Both the position numbers and the translations under genes were made by a program. The notes under the pieces were generated by a model. The model searched no databases and was not told the DNA's origin. It worked only from the letters and a program-made list of their open reading frames with translations. A DNA stretch of 64,000 nt. Origin: Octopus vulgaris (taxonomy: Eukaryota). The stretch is taken from contig OX597817.1 of the NCBI GenBank assembly GCA_951406725.2, positions 25,606,001 to 25,670,000 on the forward strand, written 5' to 3'. Positions 1 to 12,159 of this stretch are shown here, piece after piece; position 1 is the first letter of the stretch; each line of letters starts with the position of its first letter.

Positions 1-502
1 AAATTTGGTAAATAGAAATTGTAGGGGGAAACCAATCAGATCAACAAAGGATATTGAAATAATGTAGCTAATAACACTAATCCATTATTGGTATATACAT
101 TAAACTTCATTTATTGCAACTAGTCTATATCATTTCCATTATACAGATCCCTGTCTCATGTTTCTATATTCATGTTGTGATAGACTTCGTCTTTCTAAAT
201 TTTGTTGTTTTAACACCACATTTATTAACTGGTGGAGCAGTTTTCATATTTAACATCCCTCCTCCCCTAAAATTTGTAGAAAGACAGATCCCACCTCCAC
301 CACCAACGATTTTTTTTTCCACTTCATGGGGCTGAAGGAAGAAGTAGTGCCCATGACCTTTGTAGGCTCCCCAAGAATTTTGAGACTGATGTTATTAATG
401 TTCAATTTAAACTGCCGCAAGTGAACACCTGCAGGAAAGGCATGATCAAAGAGGAGGTTCTAATGTGGGATATTCTGAAGAAGAAGAGGGCGCCACAGAT
501 TG

Positions 503-576
503 CATGGAAGCCGTGGATGTGAGCCTGGGTGAAGCCGACCGCAAGTGCAGATCTCGGTGGTAGTAGCAAATATTTG
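503..576 (+). rRNA. Isolated ~70-bp 28S rRNA fragment (not a functional rRNA gene)
   Basis: GTGAGCCTGGGTGAAGCCGACCGCAAGTGCAGATCTCGGTGGTAGTAGCAAATATT closely matches the conserved eukaryotic LSU segment GGGTGGAGCCGCCGCAGGTGCAGATCTTGGTGGTAGTAGCAAATATTC (recalled). Flanks do not look like rDNA. Confidence 0.7.
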
Positions 577-2333
577 ATAGCACCTACAGTAGTTACTGCA
601 GAGACTAAACTGAAGGCACAGTATGGGTGGTGAGAGGAGACACAAGTGGGTTGCAAGTGCCTGATTGGAAGAGATACAAAACCAGCTAACTCTGAGGAAC
701 AAAAGTCATCGTAGTAGTAGAAATAGAAAGGGTAGAGAAAAGAGAAGCTCACCAGCATGTCAAAAACCAAAGTATATATGTAAATGAAATTGCATGCTTG
801 TGGGTTAAAGAGAGCAGTATGTTAATGAACAAAATTCTAGTCCAAATATTCACGAAGGATGGTTTCTATTAAAAGCACTAATAGATTCTCTGGTTGTGTT
901 AAAGCAGGCTTAGTTCAACCAAAATATGCTATGTAGCTTATAATATAGATTTTGCCTCATTATGTGTTAGTATTTACTTCACTATTTATTTTCCAAATAG
1001 TGTGGTACCCTTGGATACTAGCTTTTGTTTATTATTTTTTACTGTCACCCCTTAGTTGTGTGCTTTTCACTGTAAGGATATTGTAACCCATCATTACAAA
1101 TCTGGTATGTTTACCAAACACAATCCTTCACATATTCTTGTTTGTTGTTTTATCCAGAGGGTTGCAATGAAAAGATTGATGATGCTATGATTTGAGCACT
1201 CACTTTTTTTGGCCCCTTTCTCATTGCTGATCTTAAGGAAGAGAAAGAGGAAAAAAGAGAAATCACTCTCAGTATTTGACTGGAACTTTAATTCAACATC
1301 TCTGAGAGGAAAGAAATCAAATATTGGCCTGAATAGAATTTGAATTGAGGGCATAGGAAGTGAGAAAAACTACTACAAGGCACTCAAACAACTTGACTAA
1401 TTCATTTCCCTTTAACTTTTGCTGAAGAGCCCTAATGAGACTGAAACAAAACCGAAACTACTATTTGCCAAAGATCAGCTTTATCTTTTTACACCCTAAC
1501 CTCACCTGTCTACCATTGCATGTTTCGAATTTTGAAGTTGTCAACCCATTTTGACTAAGACCTAGGGTTATTGCACTTATGTATCATGAGTAACTTTAGA
1601 TACAGATCAACGTTTTACTTCTTCTTAGTCTAGTTTAGAGACTTCATTTATTAATGTTTCTGTGACTGCCATATTCAATGATTCAGTTCCTAATTTACAG
1701 TTTACATTTTTTAGCTTCTTTTCTCTCATCTCTCTGTCTTTAAATAAAGCTGTCATTTACTGTTCCCGCATGTATCATATACAATTCCATGATGGGGCAA
1801 TGCAACTATTAACTAATCTATACTAAATTATTTTCATGCTCATGAAAAAAAAATCTCTTCTTACATTAAATTTATTTTTCCAATAAAACTCATGAAAATC
1901 CCATATAGACTCTTACCTTATCTAAATAGCATTAATACAACTTTATTGTAGATATTTTCTAAAGCCTTTAAGACATTGAAGAATTGTCAAATTCCTTTTA
2001 ATATACTTCAAAAATTTATATTTATTAAATATTAGATTTCTGAAATCTTTAGATAAATCTTTAATAATTAGTTTCTATTGTTAAATAATATTATCCACGT
2101 TCATTTTATGTTTCTGCCAAGGGGCTAGTATGCATTGTATACATCATAATCTCATTAAGAATAATCTCTTTTTACCCTCTCAAAGTGAAAATCTTTAGGA
2201 AATAAAACTTATTATTTCACAAGCTTCCTAAATCTTTTAATAAAAGATGTTATGATCATATATCGCTATATCTATAAAAAAATATACTCTATTATAAAAT
2301 GAAGGCATTGTTGTACGCAGATATATACATACT

Positions 2334-3241
<908 letters not shown>

Positions 3242-3438
3242 TAACGGATCATGGGTAAGGCCAAAACAATGCAAAGGAAATGCAAGGTAAATCACAAGAA
3301 AACAAATATGTGAATTAATGTAGACTTACCTTGTATTCAGCATTTTGGGGTTAATGACCCAATTTTCAAAATAGATGAATGTTACCAATGTATGTATGCA
3401 TGAGCGTGTGCGGAGTGGACATGCACGGAAAGGTGTTG

Positions 3439-3780
3439 CTATAGCAACCAGTTAACTTCCTGTAACTCTCTTCTATTGTTGATCTTGGGTTTCTTTTGGC
3501 GTATGAGGATGGCCTCAGAGATTCTAATGTTACTCCTGTTCCACTGTGTTGCCTCGATGTGCACTGTGAATTCCTGGGTCTTACATTTCCGTGTCTTTTC
3601 ATGAAAGTGTCTGCCTGCATGTGTTCCTTAATGCGCATATGCAGTTTTCTTGTCATTCTTCCTCTGAAGGATGCACCACATTTGCCACAGATGATCTCAA
3701 ATGCAATATAGGTCTTTTGGCACAATTCAAAGTCATTGATGGGGTAGTTTGACAATGTCCACTCCTTGGAGTAGTGAGAG
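3439..3780 (-). pseudogene. Penelope-like element C-terminal GIY-YIG endonuclease remnant
   Basis: ORF reads CQKTYIAFEIICGKCGASFRGRMTRKLHMRIKEH. After a frameshift it continues TQEFTVHIEATQWNRSNIRISEAILIRQKKPKINNRREL to a stop at 3439-3441. This fits the PLE EN pattern CxxC, RxxEH, E..I...KP..N. Confidence 0.8.
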
Positions 3781-3822
3781 GTGTATAATTACGTGTAATT
3801 ATTCCATTATAATATTTATGTA

Positions 3823-3862
<40 letters not shown>

Positions 3863-3989
3863 ATCGCCTTTTTCTCCCAGCCTCTCTGATTCCTTCTCTT
3901 CCTCTCTCTCTTGGTCACTGCTTCTGTCCTCAGCCTTCCACCCTCCTTGGTCTCCTCTCTCTCTGTCCCTCTTTCCCTCTCTCTTACCC

Positions 3990-4393
3990 CCTTCTCTCTC
4001 TTACCCTCTTGCAACTTGCTGCCTCAGCCATTCCGTTGCCATCGGCCGCTCGTTCAACATGTCTCCTCACCGAAAAGGTAATTATTTTTCCACGCTTGCT
4101 GATAAATTGTTTTTGTGTCTCCTTTTGTCTCAAAGCCGTAGGGTGCCTGTGTCATCCTTGTTTTTAACCGTTACTGTCTTCAAAAAAGTTTTTTTTTCGT
4201 TTCACGTTCGTCTCTGTTGCGTTGCATTCTTTCCTTCTGGGGCTGGCCGATTCAGAGCGGATCTCAGAATTAAACAGCCGAAATCTGCGATGAGGAATCG
4301 GTTTCTGACTGAAGAACGAAGGCTTTGAATGACCCGTCTGACTCTTATGTTCGTCCCTTCGTGTATTTCACGTTATTTATATATGTAAAGGTT

Positions 4394-4395
<2 letters not shown>
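3990..4395 (+). repeat. Unclassified interspersed repeat ending in (TA)n; diverged relative at ~43520-43920 (-)
   Basis: Shares the blocks CTGGCC...ATCTC...AAA...TGACTGA(A/G)GAA...GAATGACCCGTC with the reverse complement of 43630-43725. Confidence 0.5.
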
Positions 4396-4426
<31 letters not shown>

Positions 4427-4432
<6 letters not shown>

Positions 4433-4480
4433 GGGAGTAAATCCAAACTTACAGGTAAAAATTAGATTTAGGATTAAATC

Positions 4481-4488
<8 letters not shown>
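4427..4488 (-). mobile_element. Terminal fragment of PLE pseudo-LTR family B between (TA)n tracts
   Basis: AATATTAGGGAGTAAATCCAAACTTACAGG...GATTTAGGATTAAATC matches 17186-17248 and the reverse complement of 55278-55342. Confidence 0.75.
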
Positions 4489-4518
<30 letters not shown>

Positions 4519-4759
4519 GTAGACATATGTAGGTGTGCATGTTTGTGCATGTGTTCTGGATTGCAAGATAATCTGTCAGACAAGGAATGACATTTCACTG
4601 GGGTGAACTGTATCCAGAAGTGTGAATGTGCTATTTTGAGAGACAGTTGAGTGAAGAGAATGTATGGAAAAAAGTGGGTCTACGTCATGCTGACCTAACT
4701 GAGGGATGAGCAGTTCAAGTTGACAGCAGTATGGTCCACAGAACAATTGATGGATATGA

Positions 4760-5220
4760 AGGTAGGGAAAGCCACTAACCCATCAGAGAAAGTTACTGAT
4801 GCTCAATTTATCTGGGGAAGCAGGATGTAAGCTAGTCATCTGAATAGCTAAATAGGCAGTAAATTGTGGAGGTGGGAGGGTGCGAACTATGAAGTTGGAG
4901 GCGGTGGAGGGAGACGGGAGGAGGAAATGAGGTCATGGATAGTGCAGAACACTGTCTGTTGGTAGCTGGGCGTGGGGTTGGAGGGCAGAGGGCAGTAGAA
5001 GGAGGTGTCTTGAAGTTGGCAGACAGCTTCGGCCTTGTAGAAGTCCGTGCATCACACCACCACAGCTCCACTCTTGTCGGCCGGTTTTATGATGATGTCT
5101 TTTCGGCGCCACAGACATCAAAGGGCCGAGAGTTCGGCTGGGGAGATGTTCAGATGTCGGGGATATCTGGAAAAGTCAAACTGGTCCACAGCGCGCTGGC
5201 AGACACCCACAAAAAGATCG
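4760..5220 (-). pseudogene. Penelope-like element pre-RT region (DKG motif), decayed
   Basis: Translation NISPAELSAL*CLWRRKDIIIKPADKSGAVVV*CTDFYKAEAVCQLQDTSFYCPLPSNPT matches the hallmark PLE motif NL..E..AL..L....IIIKPADKGG.VV...Y....L.D...Y..L..DPT. Confidence 0.85.
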
Positions 5221-5883
5221 ACCAAACATAGGATCTCTAATAGAAGAAAAATTAATAAATATAAAAATAGCTTTAGTAATGATAGCAATAACAATTCTAA
5301 TAATAAAATAAACAGTAGCACTAAGACTCAAAATACTAGAACACATAGCAATGATATCAATAGAACAAAATTACAACAAAATTCTAACAACCATAGATTT
5401 GAAAATATAGAATATGCCTGAAGTAATACAATGTCACAAACTAATAATAGTAATAATTCACAAATAGTAACTATATCTAACACCAAGATAAATAAGACTA
5501 CAGCAAATTCAATGATAACATTAAGCACCATAACAAATAATCATAATAGTATTAAATATTTTACCTCGAATAGAAATGCAAAAATAAAAATTGCTCATGT
5601 AAAAATAATGAATCATGCCCTTTAGAAGGTAAATGTGGAAGATTTAACATAATATACAAGTGCATAGTTACATTAACGGATAGTTTAAGTAATATGGTAT
5701 ACATATGGAGTTCTGTTAATTTTAAGCAAAGATTTTTAACACACATTCCTTTAAGCCTTATATAACTAGTAATAATACTTCATTAGCTACCTATATATAT
5801 AAATTGAAACAAATTAAAGTTAACTATAGGTTAGATTGGTCGATAATAGATTCTACTACACCACACACATATTAGTCTGCATG

Positions 5884-5939
<56 letters not shown>

Positions 5940-5941
<2 letters not shown>

Positions 5942-6064
5942 GGAGTAAACACATAAATGTGAAACAAGGTGGAAAAAGGAGTACTCAAATACCAGGGGTA
6001 GAGTAATATGCTTTATTACTCAGAGTAACAGGTTTTGTTGAATTTCAGCTGCTTTTAAATAAAG
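5940..6064. mobile_element. HHR family A mini-element, centrally deleted, in (TA)n
   Basis: Matches the reverse complement of 42354-42432, joined at ACTCAGAGT to the arm seen at 42315-42360. Confidence 0.75.
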
Positions 6065-6689
6065 TATATATATATATGTGTGTGTGTGTCTGTCGGTCTG
6101 TGTATCCATAATTAGAGATTTATAATAGCATAAAATACAATTATAATTAAGGACATAGAAGAGACCATGCCTATACTGAAAATAGATGCTGAATCATCAA
6201 ATCACTTAAAATTATCACTTTTATAATGCACACGTGTTGAAATTGAGGGAGAAGGCTCACAGAAATTCATAAAATAGCTAGCCTTGGATTGATGAATTTC
6301 TGAATTTGTCTAATAACTTTTCCTCATCCACAAGGCATATTCAGGGAAAAAATTAGATATTTATACATACCCACAGGAAAGCAAATGCAAGGCTACGTTT
6401 ACATACAAACACCACAAATATATCTGCATCGAATTTCGTAGTCTAGCTCAGCACATGTGCATTTGATCAGAATAGTACAGATGTGACTAGACTGTCTCGA
6501 AGTGAATGGAAATTATAATAATAAAGGATAAAATTGTTAAAGATTTTATCAGGGGTCAGCATATGATATAGACCTATTCAGGTGAATTCATGTATAGAAA
6601 TTTATAATAGTATAGAATACACTTATGATTAAGGACAGAGAAGAGACCATGTATGTATGAATGTATGTATGTAAATATGTATATAGAAA

Positions 6690-6852
6690 GCACACTGTAC
6701 ACTCTGGGGAGTGGTTGGCGTTAAGAAGGACATACAGCCATAGAAACCAAGCCAAATCAGACTATAAATCTGGTTGAGCCCCGAGCCGTGCTAGTTCCTA
6801 TCAAAGTGTGCAATGCATTTATCATTGGAAACATGTTGAATGTTGATGATGA
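6690..6852 (+). mobile_element. Decayed retroposon 3' end with (GAT)n tail (family D); inverted copy follows at ~6865-7010
   Basis: GAGTGGTTGGCGTTAAGAAGGACATACAGC...GATGATGAT is similar to 32635-32803. Confidence 0.6.
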
Positions 6853-8650
6853 TAATATAGTGTCCTCCTTTAAAGTTTATATTCCATGATGGCATGGTTT
6901 GGACAGTTCGCTAAGGTTCAAGTAGCCTCAGGACTATGTTAATCTCTTATGTCTGCTTTGACAATGTTTCTTCAGATGGATGCACTTCCTAACAGTAACT
7001 AATTTTATATTGTATCTTAGAAATCATGTGAAATCAGAGCTTCTTTGCTTGTAAAGATGAAAGTTGTCCACATGTGCATCTTGCTGCAAAACAATGCCTT
7101 AAAAATATGTTTGCCTAATTCATGCTATCATGGAAAGCAAATACGATGACAGAGAACACACACACACATATATATACACATACACACACTAATGTATATA
7201 GCAAATATAAATATCATGAAGATGGAGTAAAATCAAACAGATTGTAATACGTTTATGCCCAGGTAAAATGGAAAGAAAAGTCTTTTATATTTCAAGCATA
7301 CACACTTTTAGAGAAAGAATAGATGAGAAAAGAAAATAAAGAAAAGAAAGAACAAATGCGTCGCAATAATATGGTCACTGCATGCTGAAATGACCAGAAG
7401 AGGTGGAGGCCACTAGCAGCATGGGTGGCGAGGAGGACAACTCTCAACTTGACATATGCGTGTTAATATACTGTAGACAGGCAGTTTATGACAAAAAAGC
7501 AAACCGACAGATGACTGGCAATGTTAGAGGGAGTGAGAATGGAAAATATATATCAAAATGCTATTTAACGATGTTATAGATACATACATAGGCACATATA
7601 TATGGACATCTCTCTCTCTTCCTTTTTCAATATATGTGTATGTGTGTGTGTGTGTTTTGTAACATTAAAGTACTTTTGATGTTCATCATAATCGAATATT
7701 ATTTTATTTAATTTAAATAAATTTCATTATTTTATGTATTTTAGTAAGCTATGAAAAATGAATATATAGGATTACTATATCATATCCTCTTAAATGTATT
7801 ATCTCTATGCTATTATTACACTAAGATCTATTTCATCTCTAATAGTTGATACAAAATATTTTCATATCTTTTGTTTTTTCTGTATTTTACGTGTAATGTA
7901 TGAGGCCTGAATTATTTTGTTGCTTTTGTATTCAATATTATTTGATATCAATGAATAAATGGGTAAATAAACATAGGATTAGAAACTAGTTTCTCATGTT
8001 AATATATATATCATTTAAATGTGCATAGGCAAAGCAGATTTATTTGCTAGGTACGTCAAGTAAAATTTCTCAATTATTTTGACTCTTATCATTTGAAACT
8101 TTGGCAATATTGGTAAGACACTGCTTTGCTAATGAGATGTTATTACACTAACATATCTGAAATTGTTACCATTCTTACTGACTATTTCAAAATGAATTCT
8201 ATATTCAATTAATCATTAACGTAAATTCCAAAATTTTCTGTTATGATTTTCTTGACAAAAATCATAAGCATGCCATACCCTCATTCAGAAGAAGTTATGA
8301 TTTAGTAGCTGGTAGTAAATTTTCGCTAATTGTGTTAAGTTTCTATCTAAGTACATGAATATATAGAACCTCACTCAGTTCTCCTTATTATAACGCAGTT
8401 GGACATTGAAGCTGAGACCACTGGAGACTGGGGCAGATGCACTAGCACTAGACTAGTACACATTTTCACCTGAAAAGACTGAAGCATCTCCAAATGGTCT
8501 ACATTTCTCAAGGACAGTGCAACATCTGGTCCAGGATCTTCTCTGTTTCTCTCTCATTTTATTACGATAAGTGTCAGTACAAAAAAAGGTATAGGTGGAG
8601 TAATAGTCCACCCACAACATAGCACGAACACAGATATACCTAATAATTTA

Positions 8651-9040
8651 TGTGGCTGCAGGGACAGAACAAAGTGCCAGTTCTCAAATAGATGTAAGAC
8701 AAATAACGTAGTTTACCAATTTAACGTGCACACAAATAGCCAGATAAAATCATATATAGGCGCCACGAAAAACTAAATGATTCTTAGATATAACGCACAC
8801 CAATCTAGCTTCAGAAATAGGAGTAAGGCTAATTCAACTGGTCTCAGTAGATATATTTGGGAACTTAAAGATAAAAAAAATAGATTATAGATTAAACTGG
8901 CGTATACTCACAAAATCAACTTCGTACAACACCGCCAATAGACGCTGTGATCTCTGTTTATCAGAACACCTAGCTATCCTAACGGCTAAATAACCCCTCC
9001 TTAATAGGAAATTTGAGAACCACTTTTTTGTCTTCATGTA
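8651..9040 (+). pseudogene. PLE C-terminal GIY-YIG endonuclease with CxCx5C linker (Hydra-clade-like)
   Basis: CGCRDRTKCQFSNRCKTNNVVYQFNVHTNSQIKSYIGATKN*MILRYNAHQSSFRNRSKANSTGLSRYIWELKDKKIDYRLNWRILTKSTSYNTANRRCDLCLSEHLAILTAK*PLLNRKFE. Two TAA stops hide it from the ORF track. Confidence 0.85.
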
Positions 9041-9602
9041 GTCCTCTGTATCTTTTTAAAGTATCGGTAAAATAGTAGGACCCTCTACAAATTCCACACT
9101 ACCATATTCATCTATATAAGTCTAATTACCTGGGAACCACCTTAATCACTTACACACAAACAGTCACCCCAACCCCACTCGCCCTCCACATTCCATAATA
9201 ATTTACTTTAAACCTACATAGGTTATCAATATGAACTCCCTAAACTTTAACCATAATATAATTTTAAACCACCCTCCCTAGTGTAAATAATCCGCTTGGG
9301 TTAGCTCCATTTTAATCTTACGTTAGAGTTATCCCCCTTTACTTACACTGCTGGTGACTAAAGCTCACCGCTGATTAAAATCAATTTAATACACATGTGC
9401 GCAAAAAATTAGTTAGTCAAACTCAGGATTCCACACCAAAATGATATGCACCCTGGTTTAATAACCCAACGGAATCAAAAACTAACCAATTTATTACAAT
9501 TAAATCCACTCCCTAGCGGAATAATCAATTTATGAACATAATATAATGTAAGACTAACAAATTTTGAGTTTATTACCTTTACCGATGTATCAATTAATTT
9601 TC

Positions 9603-9653
9603 GCATTCTGAAGATATTTACTAAAACTAGTAAATTGAAACGATCGTAAATGC
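9603..9653 (+). ncRNA. Type-I hammerhead ribozyme motif
   Basis: Stem I GCATT/AATGC; core CTGAAGA; stem II ATTTACTA-AAAC-TAGTAAAT; GAAA; palindromic stem III (A)CGATCG(T); GUA cleavage triplet. Confidence 0.85.
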
Positions 9654-9741
9654 TACCTTCTTCTTTGTTAATTAATTTAATTAAAGGCATTCCAGTGAAA
9701 ATAACGAGTTTCTCTTTGTTATATACATCCATTTTCTTCTC

Positions 9742-9777
<36 letters not shown>

Positions 9778-9952
9778 GTTTATAAATTTGTTGTGCAAGA
9801 TTTTTTATGTGAAGTCGTGTATTGAAACAGATATTGTTATATTTCGGAATGGTCATTTTGCCAGTTCAGCCAATAAAAACACACGCACTATATATTTGGT
9901 GTTATTTTGCTTCAGTATTATTTATTTTTTACACTAATCTTAATCTTATTTC

Positions 9953-9996
9953 GACCAGAGTTCTTTCGTCACACTCCTGTGATCGCATCAGTGGTC
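9953..9996 (-). ncRNA. Minimal type-I hammerhead ribozyme motif (core variant CUGAUGC)
   Basis: Reverse complement reads GACCA-CTGATGC-G-A-TCACA-GGAG-TGTGA-C-GAAA-GAAC-TC-TGGTC. Confidence 0.65.
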
Positions 9997-10379
9997 CTTT
10001 GTTTTCTTCTTTCTTATTTGTGTCTCTCCTTACTAACCGTCAGCCATTTTGTATTTCTATTGTATGTCTTCATTTGCGCATGCTTATATCTCTATGTGCG
10101 TCTATGTTTATTTAGTGTATGGGGGGGATGCCTGTAATATTTGTATCTTCTGTTTATATACGTTCATGTAATTTGTTTTTGTTGTTGTTGTTGTTTTTGT
10201 TTATTCTTATTTTGTTCATGTGTTTACATCCACTTATTATTATCATTACATATGCTTGTATGTATGTATAACAACAATACTAGTAATAATAATAATAAAT
10301 TTTAAAAACTTATATAGTTATTTATTTCTATTTGTTTATTTATCTATGTATTTATTATGTTTTCGGGATCCTCTACCGT

Positions 10380-10845
10380 CATATGTTGTGGTGTGTGCTA
10401 GTGTTCCATTCTAGTTTCCTATTCAGGCTAGGTTTATTTTCTATTATGTGTGTAGCTTCTGTAATTTGTCTAATTGTTGCATCTGTTCTATGTGTGGACA
10501 ATATTTTAATTTCTATGTTGTTGATTGATCCCCCGTGTTCCTGTTCGGCGTGCTGGTACAGAATTGATGAGCTTTTACCTTCCTTGAGTTCTCTCCAATG
10601 TTCATTTACCCGCTCACCTATGCTTCTTGCTGTTTCCCCTACGTATGTCGTTGTCTTGTTACTACATCATCCCTCTATACATCTTATACTATAGACTACA
10701 TTTCTGGCTTTACAGTTTGTTTGTGGGCTAAATCTACATACAGTACAGTACTTATCCGTACAGGGGGTTCTACTAAAAGGATAGGTTCTACCAATTATAG
10801 ATTTGATAGGGTTGCCTGGCTTTTCAACAACCTTAATCCTTAGCT
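10380..10845 (-). pseudogene. PLE (Neptune-like) Cys-rich linker plus GIY-YIG endonuclease
   Basis: KVVEKPGNPIKSIIGRTYPFSRTPCTDKYCTVCRFSPQTNCKARNVVYSIRCIEG*CSNKTTTYVGETARSIGERVNEHW...ILYQHAEQEH...IRQITEATHIIENKPSLNRKLEW, with a single in-frame TGA. Confidence 0.85.
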
Positions 10846-12159
10846 TATATATATATATATGTATCCCCAAGAAACGAATGAAAAACAAGAAAGCAACAAC
10901 ATGAGTACGTGGCACATGCCAAGTATTAACAGACGTTCAGGGAAGGAAAAATGTTGTTTTACATTTTGAGCAAAGCTCTCCTCCAGAAGCAGGAGACAGA
11001 GGCAAGTCCAAGAGAAAAAGAAGTCAGAGGAAAACAATCGCCAACAATCCACAGGTAGTTATATTTTGAAATCACCCGAAGCGAATGGATGAAGAAAAAT
11101 TTCTTTCTAAGACACGATATTGTAAGAGAAGGAGGTATATGAAGGTATGTATGCGTGCGCGAGTGTGTGTGTGACAGTAACTGAGTGCGTCTCTGTGTAT
11201 GCAGATGTGGTAACTGTGTGTGTGTCTTGCGTGCGCGTGTATGTACGAGTGTGTATGTGTGTGTGTGATGGGGTTGTGCGTGGGGAGGTAAATGTGCGCA
11301 TGTGTACGGGCGTATGTATGCGTGTGTGAGTATGTGAGTGTATGCGTTGGGTTGTTTATGTGAAGGTTTGTGTGCACGTGCGTGTATGCGCATGTATGTG
11401 CGTGTGTGTGCATGTATGTGTGATATGTGTAGGAGGCATATGTACATTCATTTGTGTGCGCGTTCATGTGTGTATGTATGTAAGTGTGTATATAGACATA
11501 AAATAAGATAAAATGAAATAAGATAGAGAAAAGAGAAAAAACATACAAGATGAAAAATGAAAATAAAATGAATAAAAAAATAACAGATAAAAAATAAAAA
11601 TTAAATGGGTAAAGCAGAAATTAATATAATTATTAAAAAAAAAGAAAGGTAAAAGGAGATAATGCACAGAACAGGAACAACATATATAGATACACACATA
11701 CATATATTATATGTACACATGCACACAGACAGAAATACACACACACTCACGTACATACATACATACATACATACATACATGAACACATTTTGTTGTGTTC
11801 ATGAAACGCATTTCAAAGTCCTTAATTGCTTACATGTCTTTTGATGATTAATTAGTGCCAAATATTTTGATATCTACATTTCGCTTTTTTATTTTTTATA
11901 TACACGAAAGTTGTCAGTTGGGTTTGGCCTGCTAATGCTTTTTGTTTATATCACACACATAAACACACATACACAGAGGAAATAATTACACTAAACTCAA
12001 TTTATTTTTGTTGACCTGTGATCTGTGGCTGAACAAAATACATGCTTTGATTTTTTTTTTGTTAATAAACATGAGATATATTCCCTTACACTACTTTGAA
12101 TCATGGTCGAAATCTCTGAAATTAATATAGTTGAAATTTTATTTATATATTACTACGTT

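Larger units (their letters stand above)
8590..9745 (+). mobile_element. 5'-truncated Penelope-like element (EN + 3' pseudo-LTR with HHR) ending in (TA)n
   Basis: GIY-YIG remnant at 8651-9040, HHR at 9603-9653 on the same strand, terminus at a TA tract. The 5' boundary is approximate. Confidence 0.75.
9776..10845 (-). mobile_element. 5'-truncated Penelope-like element (EN + 3' pseudo-LTR with HHR), TA tracts at both ends
   Basis: EN remnant at 10380-10845 and HHR at 9953-9996 on the same strand. The terminal ~35 bp recur inverted at 32048-32082. Confidence 0.75.

Noticed and set aside
1420-1462. CTGAAGA...GAAAC possible hammerhead
   Set aside because: I could not build convincing stems I-III.
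8590-9710. Possible mitochondrial insertion (A/C-rich skew)
   Set aside because: The standard code gives a PLE GIY-YIG domain and the region contains an HHR; no mitochondrial gene was recognisable.
10667-10669. Single in-frame TGA in a PLE endonuclease as possible selenocysteine
   Set aside because: It is adjacent to, not at, a conserved Cys, and no SECIS was recognised. CGA>TGA decay is simpler. The selenoprotein PLEs I know of (Naiads) have an N-terminal EN.
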